Shown here one piece after another: positions 37,183 through 52,098 of a DNA stretch of 64,000 nucleotides; positions within the stretch are counted from its first letter, which is position 1; each line of letters opens with the position of its first letter. The notes below the pieces were generated by a model. That model was not told the DNA's origin and did no database searches. It saw only the letters and a list, made by a program, of their open reading frames with translations. Origin of the DNA: Octopus sinensis (lineage: Eukaryota); contig NC_043009.1 of assembly GCF_006345805.1 (NCBI RefSeq), positions 31,806,001 through 31,870,000 on the forward strand, read 5' to 3'. The translations under genes and the position numbers were made by a program.

Positions 37183-38280
37183 GTTGTTACTGTTTTTGTT
37201 GTTGTTCTTATCATTATTACTGTTGTTGCTGTTATGATTATTACAGTTTTGTTGTTGTAGTTGTTGTTGGTGTTGAGATTATTATTATTATTGTTGTTGT
37301 TGCTATTATCTGTATTACTGTTGTTGCTGTTATCATTATTGCTGTTTTGTTGTTGAAACTGTTGCTGTTGTTGTTGTTGTTGTTGTTATTATTATTATTA
37401 TATTATTATTATTATTATTATTATTATTATCATTATTATTATTACTATAACAAGGTTTTAGACTTATTGATAGAAATTTTGAATTCTTACTTTATTTGTT
37501 CTATCTTATTCTTGATTTCTTTTTTTCTTTTTTTCTTTTATTCTATCTGCACCCCCCTCCTCTTTGCTTCCGTTTTCCTTATTTCCATAAATTAAAATAA
37601 TGCATTATGTAAAGTTGAACGATTGATAATCTTCATGCATGAAATCTTGATGGTGTTATAATGCTTGAGTAAGGAACAGAATAATAGAATATATTATTTT
37701 CAAACAGAAAAAAAAAAGAATAAAAGCAGAAAAAAAAGAAAGAGCTAACCTAACCAGAATCAGCCAATCCTGGCACCTTTTCGCTCTTCTTACAATTTAA
37801 ACTACAGACATATGTTCTCTGATCACTTATATCAACTTGCATTAGTGCATTAACAATAATATATTTGCATAAATGTTCTATATATTGTTTACAGAAAGCA
37901 CAAACCAAAATATTTAGTGTGTATGTTAAAAGAAGCAATGAAAATAAAACAAAAAAAAAAAGAGATATTAATGAGTTTCATGATGGTCTTGGCACAAATT
38001 GGTTTCAGCAAATATTTTACATATGGAAATACAATGTTCCTGACCTACCATCACCACTAACACCATCATCGTGTCCAATGCCGATGCCGCTACCATCACC
38101 ACTGACACCATTGCTACCGCTGCCAACATCGCCACCATCATTACCATTACCAGTTCGTCCCTCTTCATCTGCTGCCCAACAAATATTAACAAATGGTAAT
38201 TCCACTTATCATTGATTTTATTCTGCAGACAGAAAGTATGAAATTTAGAAGGAAACCAAACTGAAGTTTTATAGTAGGTA

Positions 38281-38570
38281 GTTGTTCATTTCTTAAGGAT
38301 ATAAGTGGCACACATGAAGAAAAGAAATGCTGTTATACTGCTTATTCATTTATCAAGCACATAAGTGGCAAATATGTGGTGAAGAAATGTTACACTATCA
38401 ATTTATATTTAAGGATATAAGTGGCATTTAAGAAGTGAAGAAAAATTATTACAGCATTGAATAATTTTTTAAGAGCATAAGTGGTATATACGGAGAAAAG
38501 AAATGCTATTGCACCATTTATTCATTTCTCAAGGACATAAGTGGCATATATCTAGTGCAGAGAAAGTGTT
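38281..38570. repeat. Diverged ~60-bp tandem repeat, 5 units
   Basis: ATAAGTGG(C/T)A at 38301, 38361, 38417, 38477 and 38537. Confidence 0.85.
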
Positions 38571-38574
38571 ACAA

Positions 38575-38760
38575 TAAATAGCACCCACTACACTCTCAGA
38601 GTGGTTGGCATTAGGAAAGGCATCCAGCTGTACAAACTTTGCCAGAACAGATTGGAGGCTAGTGGTGTCTCCTGGCTTGCCAGTCCTCAGTCAAACCATC
38701 AAGCTCATGTCAGCATGGAAAACGGACGTTATACGATGATGATTATGATGGTGATGATGA
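38575..38760 (+). mobile_element. RTE-type 3' tail element (family C)
   Basis: AGCACCCACTACACTC..GGTTGGCATTAGGAAAGGCATCCAGCTG..CATGGAAAACGGACGTTA..(GAT)n. Confidence 0.8.
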
Positions 38761-41700
38761 TATATATATTTCAAAAATGTAACTCCACGTGGACTGTTGG
38801 CCCTTTTACCCCCTTTACTTCCTTTTCTTTTGGACTTTCCTATGTCTCCTGTTTCCAAAGAAGAGCTATGCTTGAAATGTAAAACAACCACTCTTTTCTT
38901 TCTTTGAGTGTCTTATTAATACTTTATATATACTACATCCTCATATTATTTTCTTTTGCTTGTCTTTTCTCCGTTTTTTTTATTATTAATTATATATATA
39001 TTCCTTTGTCTTTATGTTATCACACTTTCTTTCCACTTCATAAATGCCAAATATCTCCTTGAGAAATGGATAAATATTAAAAAAAAAAGTATTTTTTCTA
39101 CTACCTTAATGCCACTCACGTCTTTGAGAAATTAATGAGTATTGTGATAGCATATATATTTACTCAAAAGCAACTATACACACACACATGGATGTATATA
39201 AACATCTGCCCCTTTGAAAGTTTACAGAGCAATCATTATCCTTATCATCACAATCAACATCCTCCTCCTTCTCCTACCACTCATCCAGTCCTCTCCATAT
39301 CTCTAAGCCCTTCCCCCCACTCCTACCCTTCCCTTGCAACAGTCCTTTTGTCATTTCCTTTATATACCTCACCCTCTGTGATATATTGAAGTAATTATGA
39401 AATCCTTGTGATGCCAGATAACTTTCAGATTTTGAAAAATGGCTATCAATGAATTACTTTCATTAATTTTTCAATATTAATTAAGCTAAAACGATATTAT
39501 TAGATTTTAAATGAATTATAAAGTTAATTATTACAGTTGTGAATTAATTTGTTTTCTTCATTAATTTTGGCCACATATAAGCAATACATTTATAGTTGCT
39601 ATTGTTGTTTTTTCACTGCATTTGTTGTTATTGTTGTTGTTGTTGTCCTTGTATACCTGTATGTTACCCATGAGTGAGCAGACCCTTCATCAAAGTTTTA
39701 ACAACTAAACCCATCCTGTCTTTCTATATATCCGTGAATATATTACCACATTTCTCTTCTGACTCTAAAAGCAGCGCTATGTGATTTTAGGGAGATTTGG
39801 CTGGTATTTCTTGCAGTTCGAATGAACCATTTAGAAGCACACACAGTCTCTCTTCAGTTTAATTTTCATCAGTAGATGCTGAATTGGTGTATAAGCATTA
39901 AAAAAACCCAGTCATTACCCATGAGCAATAACAGATTTGGTAACTTGTACAAAGCTTCATCATCATTATCTTATATCAGCTTTCCATGCTGGTATGAGCT
40001 GGACATGTTACCACAGTTGAAGTCAACACGTATTCAAGGGCACTGATCCCCTTGTCGGGCTGGAATGAAAGAATCACAGTCACATCATATTTTTGGCTGG
40101 TTTCCAATGATCAAATGCTGTTCCTAACATCAACCAATTTACAAAGTTGACTAAGAGATTCTTTCATGTCACCAACCTAAGAGAAGTTGCCATATCTGTA
40201 AAGCAAGCAAAATCTATTTTATTGTCCTATAGTTGCAACAGCTGTGGACTTTACACAACAGTTCAATCAACCAGAAATAACAATTGTATTATATATAAAT
40301 CTTACCTTTATCATCGTCATCATTATCATTATTATCATCATCATCGTCATCATCATCATTTAACATCCGTTCAACATGCTGGCATGGGTTGGACAGTTCA
40401 ACAAGCGCTAGCCAACTGAAGAGCCACCCAGATTCCATTTGTCTGATTTCTTACTTAATGTCTTGAATAAGAAACTGAAACTCTTTTGAAATAGGTTGCT
40501 TACCTGTGGAATACCTTTGCTCATCAATATATTTGATCAGCATTAAACAAAACTAACTACAAAGCGGTCATCATTTTCATCATTATCATTTAGTGTCCAT
40601 CTCCCAATCTGGCATCGGCTGGACACTGTGACTGAATCCAACATGCCAAGGACTCCCATCAGCTCCAGTGTCTACTTTGGCGTGGTTTCTTCAGCTGGTT
40701 GCCCTTTCTATCCCCAACTACTTTACATAGTGTCCTGAGAACATTTTATTTCAAGATACCAATGCTGGTGACATTACCAAATAGCTTGCAAGACAAATGA
40801 AAATGACACCTTGGTTGAGTGGGGTTGTAACAGAAAGGGAGGTGGCTTTACACCAGGTGTTGAGTAGCTAAAGTATGATAGAGGGACAGGAACAGGGGTC
40901 TTGCTATGGAAGAGAAACACAACTCATGATACAAGATGATGAGTATAAGAGAGAGGACAGACAAAGAATTAGGAAAGGTGGAGATGGATAAGTCCATCAG
41001 AATGCGAGAGAAAACTGATAAATGGTAGAGATGGTGGAGTAGATTGAATGGAACAAGGGTGGAGATGTAGTCAATGGTAAATCTGAAAATGATTGTGAAA
41101 GGTGAAAGAATAGGAATGGTTGAGGAAGGAAGAAGTGGTGAGTGATAGTACAGGAAAAGCAGTCTTGTTTTATAAAAATTTACAGATTTGTGGAAATGAA
41201 AACAATTCTATTCTGTTCTTTTATAATCAACTGGCAAATACTTGAACCATTTGTCAAAACTGAAATCTATTAACTCATTAACTCTCAACGATATGAAACC
41301 TTATCTTTTGGCAGACATCATTGGCTCTGAAATAGAGAATTCCTTGTCTTGCTATGATTAACTTAAATGTCTGCAGATAAGAATTCTATAACCAACTCAA
41401 GACAGATGGAATCATAGACAAACATTTTAGAGTATTTTAGATATACAACATTTTATATACACATCATTTTATAGACATAACATTTTAGATGTATAGAATA
41501 TAAGATATTAACCATTTTAGTTATGTAACATTTTAAATACATAACAAAGTGATAATCAATATCTGGACTTTGTTTAGTCTCTGGGAATTAATTGCATGGT
41601 TAAGAAGTTTGCTTCCCAACCACATGGTCTCAGGTTCAATCACACTGTGTAGCACTTTGTGCAAGTGTTTTATACTAAAGCTGTTGGCCAATCAAATGCT

Positions 41701-41862
41701 TTGAATGGAATTGGTAAATGGAAACTAAAACAGGTGTGTTTGGATGTGTGCATGTATACACATATACATTTACGTATACATATATTTGCATGTGTGTGCA
41801 TATATATATATATATATAGGCACACATATATATCTTACCGTTTTTACCAATATATATATATA

Positions 41863-42277
41863 GGCACAGGAGTGGCTGTGTGGTAAGTAGCTTGCTTACC
41901 AACCACATGGTTCCAGGTTCAGTCCCACTGCGTGGCATCTTGGGCAAGTGTCTTCTACTATTCTACTATAGCCTCGGGGCAACCAAAGCCTTGTGAGTGG
42001 ATTTGGTAAACAGAAACTGAAAGAAGCCCGTCGTATATATGTATATATATATGTGTGCGTGTGTGTTTCTGTGTCTGTGTTTGTCCCCCTAGCATTGCTT
42101 GACAACCGATGCTCGTGTGTTTATGTCCCCGTCACTTAGCGGTTCGACAAAAGAGACCGATAGAATAAGTACTGGGCTTACAAAGAATAAATCCTGGGGT
42201 CGAGTTGCTCGACTAAAGGTGGTGCTCTAGCATGGCCACAGTCAACTGACTGAAACAAGTAAAAGAGAAAAGAGAAA
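41863..42277 (+). mobile_element. Full-length SINE family B
   Basis: Colinear and highly similar to 29994-30402. Confidence 0.9.
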
Positions 42278-42534
42278 GATATATATATATATATGTATGT
42301 ATATATGTGTGTATGTGTGTGTGTATATTTATGAATGAATGAACAATTGTTTCTAATTTAGGGGAAGGCCTGAAATTTAGTAGAAGAGGATGGCTGATTA
42401 TATCAATGCCAGTACTTCACTGGTACTTATTTTATGGATCCCCCAAAAATAAAAAACAAAGTCAACCTCAGCAGAAATTGAACTCAGAATATATTATTAT
42501 TATAATTATAATAATAATAATTATTATTATTATT

Positions 42535-43070
42535 GAGTGAGAGAGTTGTGCATGTTTTCAAAGTGACACTGGGGTAGAATATACAAGGCCCTGTATACCA
42601 TTATGACTACCTGTCTGATAAGGGTACACCAAGCACATGTATCACAACCACATGTGAAAAATATGGTGATCGCATATCAAGATAATGCATGACCTTGCAG
42701 GTGGGGCCCAGTTAGAATTTTCTTTGGGTCGAGTTCGCCCATCCTACTCAAAAGGTCCCTGAATAAGGGTTGTTTAAGGATGTTGAATGAAACTGTCATG
42801 TTTCCCGAGGTGAAATATTCAAACCTCCAAAGAATCCCTCTCAACACATGGCTATGATGCTCTCCCATTACTTCTGCTCATGATAAGAGATGCACATATC
42901 GTCAGCCACTAAGGGACATGCTCAACTGGTTAAGGTCAAACAACTGACAAGCAAATCTGTGGTATTGAGCAGAATATTTGCTGTAGTCCATCTTTTGTAC
43001 CAAGACAAGACAATGTACATGATAGCACTTCCAATCAGTTAAGATCAGAAGCCATCAGAGCCATCAATTG
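42535..43070. mobile_element. Unclassified ~530-bp interspersed repeat embedded in (ATT)n
   Basis: Complex non-coding block bounded by (ATT)n on both sides. It resembles a repeat I recall from Octopus sequence; there is no second copy in the window. Confidence 0.4.
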
Positions 43071-43074
43071 CATC

Positions 43075-43124
43075 AATTGGTGATGCATCAATTATTGTTA
43101 TTATCATTAATATTATTATTATTA

Positions 43125-43162
<38 letters not shown>

Positions 43163-43263
43163 TATATTATTAGTATTATTATTATTATTATTATTATTAT
43201 CATTAATATTATTATTGTTGTTGTTATTATATTATTATATTATTATTAGTATTATTATTATTA

Positions 43264-43310
<47 letters not shown>

Positions 43311-43345
43311 TATTATTATTCTTATTATTATTATTATTATTGTTG

Positions 43346-43440
<95 letters not shown>

Positions 43441-43478
43441 TATTATTATTTTATTATTATTATTAATTATTATTATTA

Positions 43479-43517
<39 letters not shown>

Positions 43518-43559
43518 TATTATTATTATTATTCTTATTATTATTATTATTATCATTAA

Positions 43560-43598
<39 letters not shown>

Positions 43599-43618
43599 CA
43601 TTAATATTATTATTGTTG

Positions 43619-43692
<74 letters not shown>

Positions 43693-43946
43693 ATTATTAT
43701 ATTATTATTATAGAAGACGGCAAGCTGGCAGAATCGTTTGCTTAGTGGACAAAATACTTTGTGGTATTTTGCTCGCCGTAACATTCTGAGTTCAAATTCT
43801 GCCAAGGTTGACTTTGCTTTTGGGATCATCCTTTCTTGCTTTCGGGGTTCGATAAATTAAGTACCAATCAAGTACTGGGTTCGATGCAATCGACTATCCC
43901 TTCCCCCAAATTTCAGCCCTTGTACCTATAGTAGAGAGGATTATTA

Positions 43947-43984
<38 letters not shown>

Positions 43985-44028
43985 TTATTATTATTATTAT
44001 TATCATCATTATTACTATTATTATTATG

Positions 44029-44070
<42 letters not shown>

Positions 44071-44143
44071 GTTATTATTATTATTACTATTATTATTATG
44101 ATTATTATTATATTATTATTATTGTATTATTATATTATTATTA

Positions 44144-44226
<83 letters not shown>

Positions 44227-44290
44227 CAGCAGCAGCAGCAGAAGCAGCAGCAGCAGCAACAGTAGTAGTAGTAGTTGTAGTAGTAGTAGT
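43075..44290. repeat. ~1.2-kb (ATT)n then (AGT)n/(AGC)n microsatellite, interrupted by a family A SINE (43714-43940)
   Basis: Direct reading. Confidence 0.92.
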
Positions 44291-44712
44291 AGTAGCAGTA
44301 GCAGTAGCATAGAGTTGAATAGTTTAAGAGAGGTATTGATGATGGTCATGCTGGAAGATAGTTTATACGAAGTAAATTTACTTGTTATAAAACTTAAAGC
44401 TGATTGGTGGAGATGAGGGTGGATGGATGGATGGATGGAGAATGTAGGAAATGATGGAATAAGTAAATTGCAATGTTTGGTTTTATGAGGAAATAAAATT
44501 AAGCAAAACTACAAAATCCTAAATATATAATTAAATATATATCAGTGTTAGCATGGAAAAGCTATCAAATGTAAGTAACAGAATATTACTCACTTGCAGC
44601 GCTATCGATGATAATTGCATATATATATATATATACATATCTAGATTTATGTATGTGTGTGTATAAAGAGAGAAAGAGTGAGATTGGTGGATAGATAAAC
44701 GTATATATGTAC

Positions 44713-44743
<31 letters not shown>

Positions 44744-45311
44744 TATATAAATACATATATATATATGTATATATATATATGTATATATATATATACATAC
44801 ATACATATCTATAGATGTATGTATGTTAATATAAAAATATATTAATATATACTTCTATATAAACATACATAAACATATATTCATATGTATATATGTGTGT
44901 GTGAGTGTGTATGTGTTTGTGCATGTGTATATATATATATATATAGAGAGAGAGAGAAAGATTGAGAGAGATAGGTGATAAATATACATATATACGTACA
45001 TACATATGTATGTATATGTATATATATATACATATACGTATGTATATGTATATATATATACATATATGTATGTATGTTAATATTGAAACATATTCACATA
45101 TATATATACTTCTATAAAAACATACGCACACAAATATACATATGTATGTGTGTGTGTGTGTGTATGCGTGCACACATGTGTAGTTTGCCACTAGCAGCAC
45201 TAACTTTAGAAATAATGTAAAAGACAAACATGATCAGTAATATACACCAGAATGTTATTCAATCATCATCGTCGTCATCATCCTCACCACCATCATCATC
45301 ATCATTATGAA

Positions 45312-45344
<33 letters not shown>

Positions 45345-45396
45345 GAACATCATCATCATCATGAACATCATCATCATCACCACCACCATCATCATC

Positions 45397-45427
<31 letters not shown>

Positions 45428-45709
45428 TCATCATCATTATTCAAATAGAATCTAGTGTTTCAAAAAAACAAAAAGGAAAGAAAAGAAAGGTGATAAAGTG
45501 AAGACAAACATTGATTAGTTATTAAGATAACCGTTCTCTCTATAAGAGGCAGTGGATTGGTGAAAGTGTTAGAATATCCGTCTATGGGATCGTTATATTC
45601 TGAGATCAAATCTTGCCTACTTTTACTTTGACCCACATACTTCTAGATCAATAAATTTTATATAAATATATGTATGTATGTATATATATATATATATATT
45701 ATATATATA

Positions 45710-45800
<91 letters not shown>

Positions 45801-45802
<2 letters not shown>

Positions 45803-46395
45803 CGAGGTCTGATCAACAGGTATCTGAACTGTTACCATAGTAACAAAGGTAAAGCATGCAGTGTGAAGCCACATGGCAAAAGTTGACTTTGAAGTCTGAT
45901 GTGCATGTGCACTAAGTTTTAACATTCTAGCTCACTTCCGCTGTTTACAGCAGTGCTTGGAAGGAACGTGTGTAGCGTGTGGTCATCACATTGACCATGA
46001 ACATGCTTCAAATTTTGCCCAAACTTGGCGTTCCCTGCTCAAACGCAAAGTTGCGGGAAGTGTATGGAGAGAAGTGTATGAGTCAAAAAAATGTCAATTA
46101 TGATGAACATTCTGAGAGACCTGTAACCAACAGAACTGAGAAAAACATTGCAGATATACATGCATCTGTGAGAGGAAATCATTGCATCACCATCCTGGAG
46201 TTATCAGAGGATGTTCAGATTAGTTACAGTTCAGTTCAGTCCATTATCACTGAAGATTTGGGTATGAGATGTGCGTCTGCCAGGTTTGGACCAAAACTAC
46301 TTTTCAACTGACCAGAAAGACATTCGGGTTTCAGTTGCACAAGAGATCCTTGATTGTGTTAAGAACAATGAAAACTATTTGGAAACTTTGAATAT
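45801..46395 (+). mobile_element. Mariner 5' fragment (TIR plus transposase N-terminus relic)
   Basis: Starts TACGAGGTCTGATCAA after (TA)n. ORF 45979..46311 gives ..KLREVYGEKCMS..ITILELSEDVQISYSSVQSIITEDLGMRCASARFGPKLL (HTH, WVPKLL-like motif). Confidence 0.8.
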
Positions 46396-46683
46396 GAACC
46401 ATGGACAAGATATCTCAAGAACCGCTGGATAGATATGGATGAAACTTTCAGGAATGTTTGAACTCATGATTAGATTTTGGGATCGATCTGGTACCAGACA
46501 AAGGTTTTCCCTGTTCTTTTTTTTTACTTAAATTTTAAGAGGCAACAGGTTCATTTTTAGTATTCTCGTTTATGAGAGCAATGGAGTTTATTTCAGATAT
46601 TCAGATTTTAAAAATCCTCTCTGGCTAATTGTTAAGAGGATGTTAATGTTGCTCTGGCAGGGGTTTGTGCTCTCCGAGTGCGC

Positions 46684-46742
<59 letters not shown>

Positions 46743-46899
46743 TAGTTTTATTTTTATAGCGTGCTTTCACTTCACTACCGAGTGCAGCTCTGTGTGCCTT
46801 GGGTATGTACTGTGATTTGTTGTGATGGTTATTGTATGGAAAGTGTTCTGCGTAGGATGTGTGCAGTGCCTAGTAGTGCAATTTTCTGTATGTTATATG

Positions 46900-46953
<54 letters not shown>

Positions 46954-47184
46954 GGTTCTCATTAAGGGGTCACACAGGCAGACTTGTTATCACTCTAGAT
47001 AAAACACTTAGTGGCATTTTTGTTTGTCCCTCCTTGCTGAGTTCAAATGATGCTAAGGTCGACTTGTCTTTCATCCTTCTAGGGTTGATAAAATAAGCAC
47101 CAGTTATGCACTGGGGTCGATGTAATCGACTTAATCCCTTCCACCAAATATGAAGCCTTGTGCTTCCAGTAGATAGGATTATTT

Positions 47185-47248
<64 letters not shown>

Positions 47249-49353
47249 CTGTAGTTGTTGTAGTAGTAGTAGTAGTAGTAGTAGAAGCAGCAACAGTAGT
47301 AGTGTTAGTAGTAGTAGTAGTAGTAGTAGTAGTAATAGTAGTAGTAGTAGAATCAACAGCAGTAGCAGCAACAGCAGCAGTAGCAGTAGTAGTAGTAGTA
47401 GCAGTAGTAGTAGTAGTGGTAGTAGTAGTAGTAGTAGTAGTAGTAGTATCGTCATTATCATCATCATCATCCTATTCCCCTTCTTTCTCCTGTCATCCTC
47501 ATCATCTCTATTTATCTATTTTGTTTCCAACTACCGTTTAATTGCTTTTTAGAGTAAAACGAAGTTAATTAGATAAATTACCAAAAATATATTTGCAACA
47601 GAGAAAAATAACAAATTATTTTTTTTAAATAAATAAAAAAAATACATAACTTTTAACTAAGTAAGTAATTAGTTGTGTGTTAGTCCTAAGATGTTTCTTG
47701 TCAGACTGGACTAACGAAGTTAATTGACTGACTTAATGTCAAGTTTATACCACTTGTACAAGAAGTGTTTTATGGATTCTTAAGAAGAAATTGGTAAACA
47801 TTGGAATAATTTAAGAATATTATTAGCTAAGGAACAGGGAATTAGCTGGCCAATTCATCACCATGCGGGTCAAAGAGCTTAGCAGCATTTTGTCTGACTT
47901 TACGTACTGAGTTCAAATGTTACTAGGGTCGATTTTTGCCTTTCATCCTGTTGGGACCAATAGAATAAGTACCATTTAAATGCTGGGATTGAGGTAATCA
48001 ACTCACCCCACCCCCACCGCCCCCAAATTGTTTACCTTGCGCTAAAATTTGAAGCCAATATTAGCTAAGGGATTTGACTTAAATGGGACCAAGCCCACAT
48101 ATTTGAGCAAATATGGCAACGTCTGTTACAATGCAAGATGTTTGAATTCCTGATCTTGCATCACATAATTTCCTTTTATCCGATTTCACCCACAAGGATT
48201 GAATGAAAGCAAGATTATTATAAAAGACTCTTGACAAAAATGCTCTGCTATGGATTTGAGCCTGCCACCTTGAGATTGAAAAGTGAACTACTTTATAACT
48301 TAACTGTACTTACGTCAAGTAATAAAAGAAAAAAGAGAACCAAAAGTAAAGCAATGAAGTTACATAATATCATTTATAAAGCATGAAATAATTGCTGCCT
48401 TTTCTGTGCTATTGCAGGAAGATTACAGTCTTTGATTCCTCTTTGCAAGAATTGCTTTAAGACCAATCTAATCAGAATATGTGACAATAGTGACTTCAAT
48501 ACAAGAACAGACTCTTAATTACTTTGGAAAATAAAAACACAATCCTTGTATCAAAGAGTGAAAATTTGATTTGTTACAAAGAGTTAGACATGTTATTTCA
48601 TTTAGAAAAAGAAAATGGTTTGGAAAGAGAAAGAAACAGATATAATTATAAAGTGACTTGTAAAGTGTTTTGCAAATATACAACTTTAAGATTACAAACT
48701 GTGAGCACAGTAATGAAACCATAATGTGAGGATTTATGGGGTGTAAAAAAAACGATGTTTGAGTCTCCTTGGTGCTGAGTTCAATTCCTGTTAATGTACA
48801 TTTTATCTTTTGTTTCTTGTTTTTTTTTGGGGTTTTTTTTTTTCGGTAGCCAACAATAAATTTTTTCCTCCTGTTACATTCAATCACTCAGTAACTTACT
48901 TAAGATGTCTCTCTCTCTCTCTCTCCCCTCTCTCCTCCTTTCAGTCACGGTAGTGTTTTAGCCTTTCCAAGTTGCAAGGTGACCCTAGTTGTGTTGGTGT
49001 TAACTAAAAAAATGGAAGCAGCTTACTCTGTGAAGTGGTTGATGTCAGGAAGGTCATCCAGCTGTAGAAACCATGTCCCAAAATAAGACACTGGAGCTTC
49101 ACATGATCCTCTAACACATGGAATTCTGTGGAACTGTCCAATCAATGCATGATAGCACCAAAGGTGGCCACAAAATGATTGTGCCCATCATTGTGATGAC
49201 AACGAAATGTCATTGTGGCATAAATTGAAGGATAAAATATGACAGGAATAATTTTTGCATTACAAGCAGTGTGTGTTTTGTCTGCCTTTTGTTATCTTTT
49301 GCAAAGCATTATCTTGATAGCTATAGCTAATACTAAGATCACAGAGAGAGGGA

Positions 49354-49384
<31 letters not shown>

Positions 49385-49753
49385 CAGGTGGGGAGAAAGA
49401 AAGAAAGAAGAAAGAAAGAAAAGAATTGCCACCAGAACTTGAATGGTATTTTGTTGATTCAGAGGATGAAAAATAAATTTAACCTCCCAAGGTATGATTT
49501 GAACTCAGACCAGAAAGTCTTAGTACAAATACTGTATGGCTTTCTATCCAACAACCTAACAATTCCAGAAATATGTTGTTTCAGTGTAGGCCTAGATGTC
49601 TCTAAAAGAGCCATGGCAGAAATTTCTTTGAGCATAGATCTGTTTGATTAAGGTTTTATCTGGGACTAAACAACGCAAACAACAATTACAACAACGAAAG
49701 AACATTATGCCTTGGTTTTAAAAAAGAAAATCAATCCTTTGTCTTTGATTTAC

Positions 49754-49888
49754 CTTAGCCATGATGGCAACGGCCATAATGGAGCAACACATTTGTAAAG
49801 TGAAGTGAAGAAGAAAGAGATAAAAGATGACCGGAATGATATTCCAAGCCACATTTGCATAGGAGTCTCGTAGAAAGTGAGTAAATGT
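49754..49888 (-). CDS. Weak candidate exon (135 bp, phase 0-0), hydrophobic: TFTHFLRDSYANVAWNIIPVIFYLFLLHFTLQMCCSIMAVAIMAK
   Basis: - strand acceptor tttattctacaacaatag, donor AAG|gtaaat, open frame. Opposite strand to the other exon candidates; no supporting partner exon. Confidence 0.25.
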
Positions 49889-50585
49889 CTATTGTTGTAG
49901 AATAAACCAGATTAACCTGATATCTATGGTCAAATGATAATTTGGGAGAATAAAAAACTGTTGCAAGGAACGAGTTTTCTAAACGATTAACGATGCACTG
50001 ACTATGAAGCAATTCTGTTAGACTGACTGTCTGCATAGATTTACTTGCATTGCACTCTCTTTCTTTCTCTCCTATCTTTTACCCTTTCTCTTTTTATCTA
50101 CATATTTATATATTATCTATTTGTTTATCACCCATTTTTCTCTCTGCCTCTTTCTCTTTCTTGCTCTCTATTTGTATCTATCTAATCACCTAATCTATTT
50201 TTGTACATACGCATATATTATACACACACACACACACACACATACACACACACACACATGTATACATGTAGATAGAAAAATATATGGGATGGATGTATGT
50301 GTGTTTACATGAGTTTCTGCATGTGTGCATGCACACACACACATGCCCACATGCATATCCATGAACAACTATCTTCTACTGAAGTCACAGGTTGACCAAC
50401 AGTTCCTGAGCAAAATTTTCTTGATGGAAACTGTGCAGAAGCCTGTAGGGAATATATGCACACATATTTACATCTCTATATCTATCTCTGTAGCATGTAC
50501 ACACACACACACATATGTTTTCATATATATATATTTGTGTGTGTAAATATATATGTATATATATATATCTGTGTGTGTGTGTATG

Positions 50586-50621
<36 letters not shown>

Positions 50622-50628
50622 GATATAC

Positions 50629-50659
<31 letters not shown>

Positions 50660-50782
50660 TCTATAAGTGTGGTGTGTATATAAATATTTGCCTAGCGAAT
50701 GTCCAGTGACTGAAATTAGTTAATGTGTAAAAAGGGCGTCTATATATAAATATATAAATATTGTGTTTTGATAATTTATTTG

Positions 50783-50950
50783 ACTTATTCGTCAATCTAC
50801 GACAAAGCCAACCTAGCATATAAAGTAGAGGCCATCTCATTGCACCATTTGAAGCCACCTTTTCTGCCAGTTCTTTGTCCCCATTCTGATACCAGTTCTT
50901 GCTCTTTGAGGCAAGGAACTCCTTCTCTGAATCTTCCACCTCCTCTTGGT
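50783..50950 (-). mobile_element. Mariner 3' relic
   Basis: - strand peptide EDSEKEFLASKSKNWYQNGDKELAE resembles the mariner C-terminus FF.SK..FY..GI..L..RW, followed by a TIR-like TCGTAGATTGACGAATAAG. Confidence 0.55.
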
Positions 50951-51701
50951 TGATGAAGCATTGGAAGTGCAGGAATTGAGTCAGGGGTCAGAACAAGTAC
51001 TAATCCAAGGGAGATATTTTTCTGCAATCTTAATGTGCACAGGCGGTAGTTAAGCAAGGGTCAGCTTCCAGAACCTGTCGGTAAACTTGGGTATTTTGAA
51101 CAGAAGGTGATTCTCTGCTTCTGGTGATATTCTACACACAATACATATTCATACAAAAGGTACACATCATCATCATCATCATCATCTGGTATCAGTTGGA
51201 TGGTTTGATCAGAGCTGGTGAGCGGAAGAGTTGCACCAAGTTCCAGTATGATTTGGCTTGGTTTCTATGGTTGGGTGCCCTTTCTAACACCAACTATTTT
51301 ACTGAGTGTGTGTATCAGAGACGTGCCACCTGGGTAGGTAAGTAGGCAATGCCTACCTTAAAGAAAATAGAGCCATAGCAACATATTCCTTTTATGGCAA
51401 AATATGCACCTAATTCAATTAAATTATAAAGGTTACTCTGATTGCTCTGCATAAAATACAAAATATTTTATTTTTTTGTATATTAGGTAGGCATAATTTT
51501 CCCCTGCTTTTCAATCTCAGTATGAAAAGCTACTCATTGTACTGCTGTGTACATTCCTACAGTATTTTCTTTATGCATTATAAAGGCAAAAGTAATCTGC
51601 CTGCAACTTAGTCAGGTGCCGGTTTTTGCTTATTTTTTGTGTGTTTTACTTCATAAACATCACCAACTACCTACCCTGTGTAATTACTGATGGCACATGC
51701 C

Positions 51702-51763
<62 letters not shown>

Positions 51764-51764
<1 letters not shown>

Positions 51765-52098
51765 CGGAGACTCCCTTCAGTCACAAATGACCATGGGATT
51801 GCACCTAGAAAGTTACCTTCCGAGGCACAAGTCCAGGCAAGGTAGTTTATGGAAGGCTGGCAGTCACCCATGAATAGCAGCCTCCCCTCTCCACACCACT
51901 GATGTTAGCCAAGGGAAAATCAAAGGCTGATACAAATTGGCACCAGTGATGTCACAACTCATTTCTACAGCTGAGTGAACTGGAGCAACATGAAATAAAG
52001 TATCTTGTTCAAGAACACAACATGCAGCCCGGTCTGGGAATTGAACTCACAACCTTACGATCGTAAGCTCGATGCTCTAACCACTGACCCCTGTGCTT
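51764..52098 (-). mobile_element. SINE family D, near full length
   Basis: tRNA-like head ..CTTACGATCGTAAGGTTGTGAGTTCAATTCCC, shared central motif, 3' end at (TA)n. Confidence 0.75.

Noticed and set aside
38281-38570. CRISPR-like periodicity
   Set aside because: Eukaryotic context, homologous spacers, short degenerate repeat, no cas genes.
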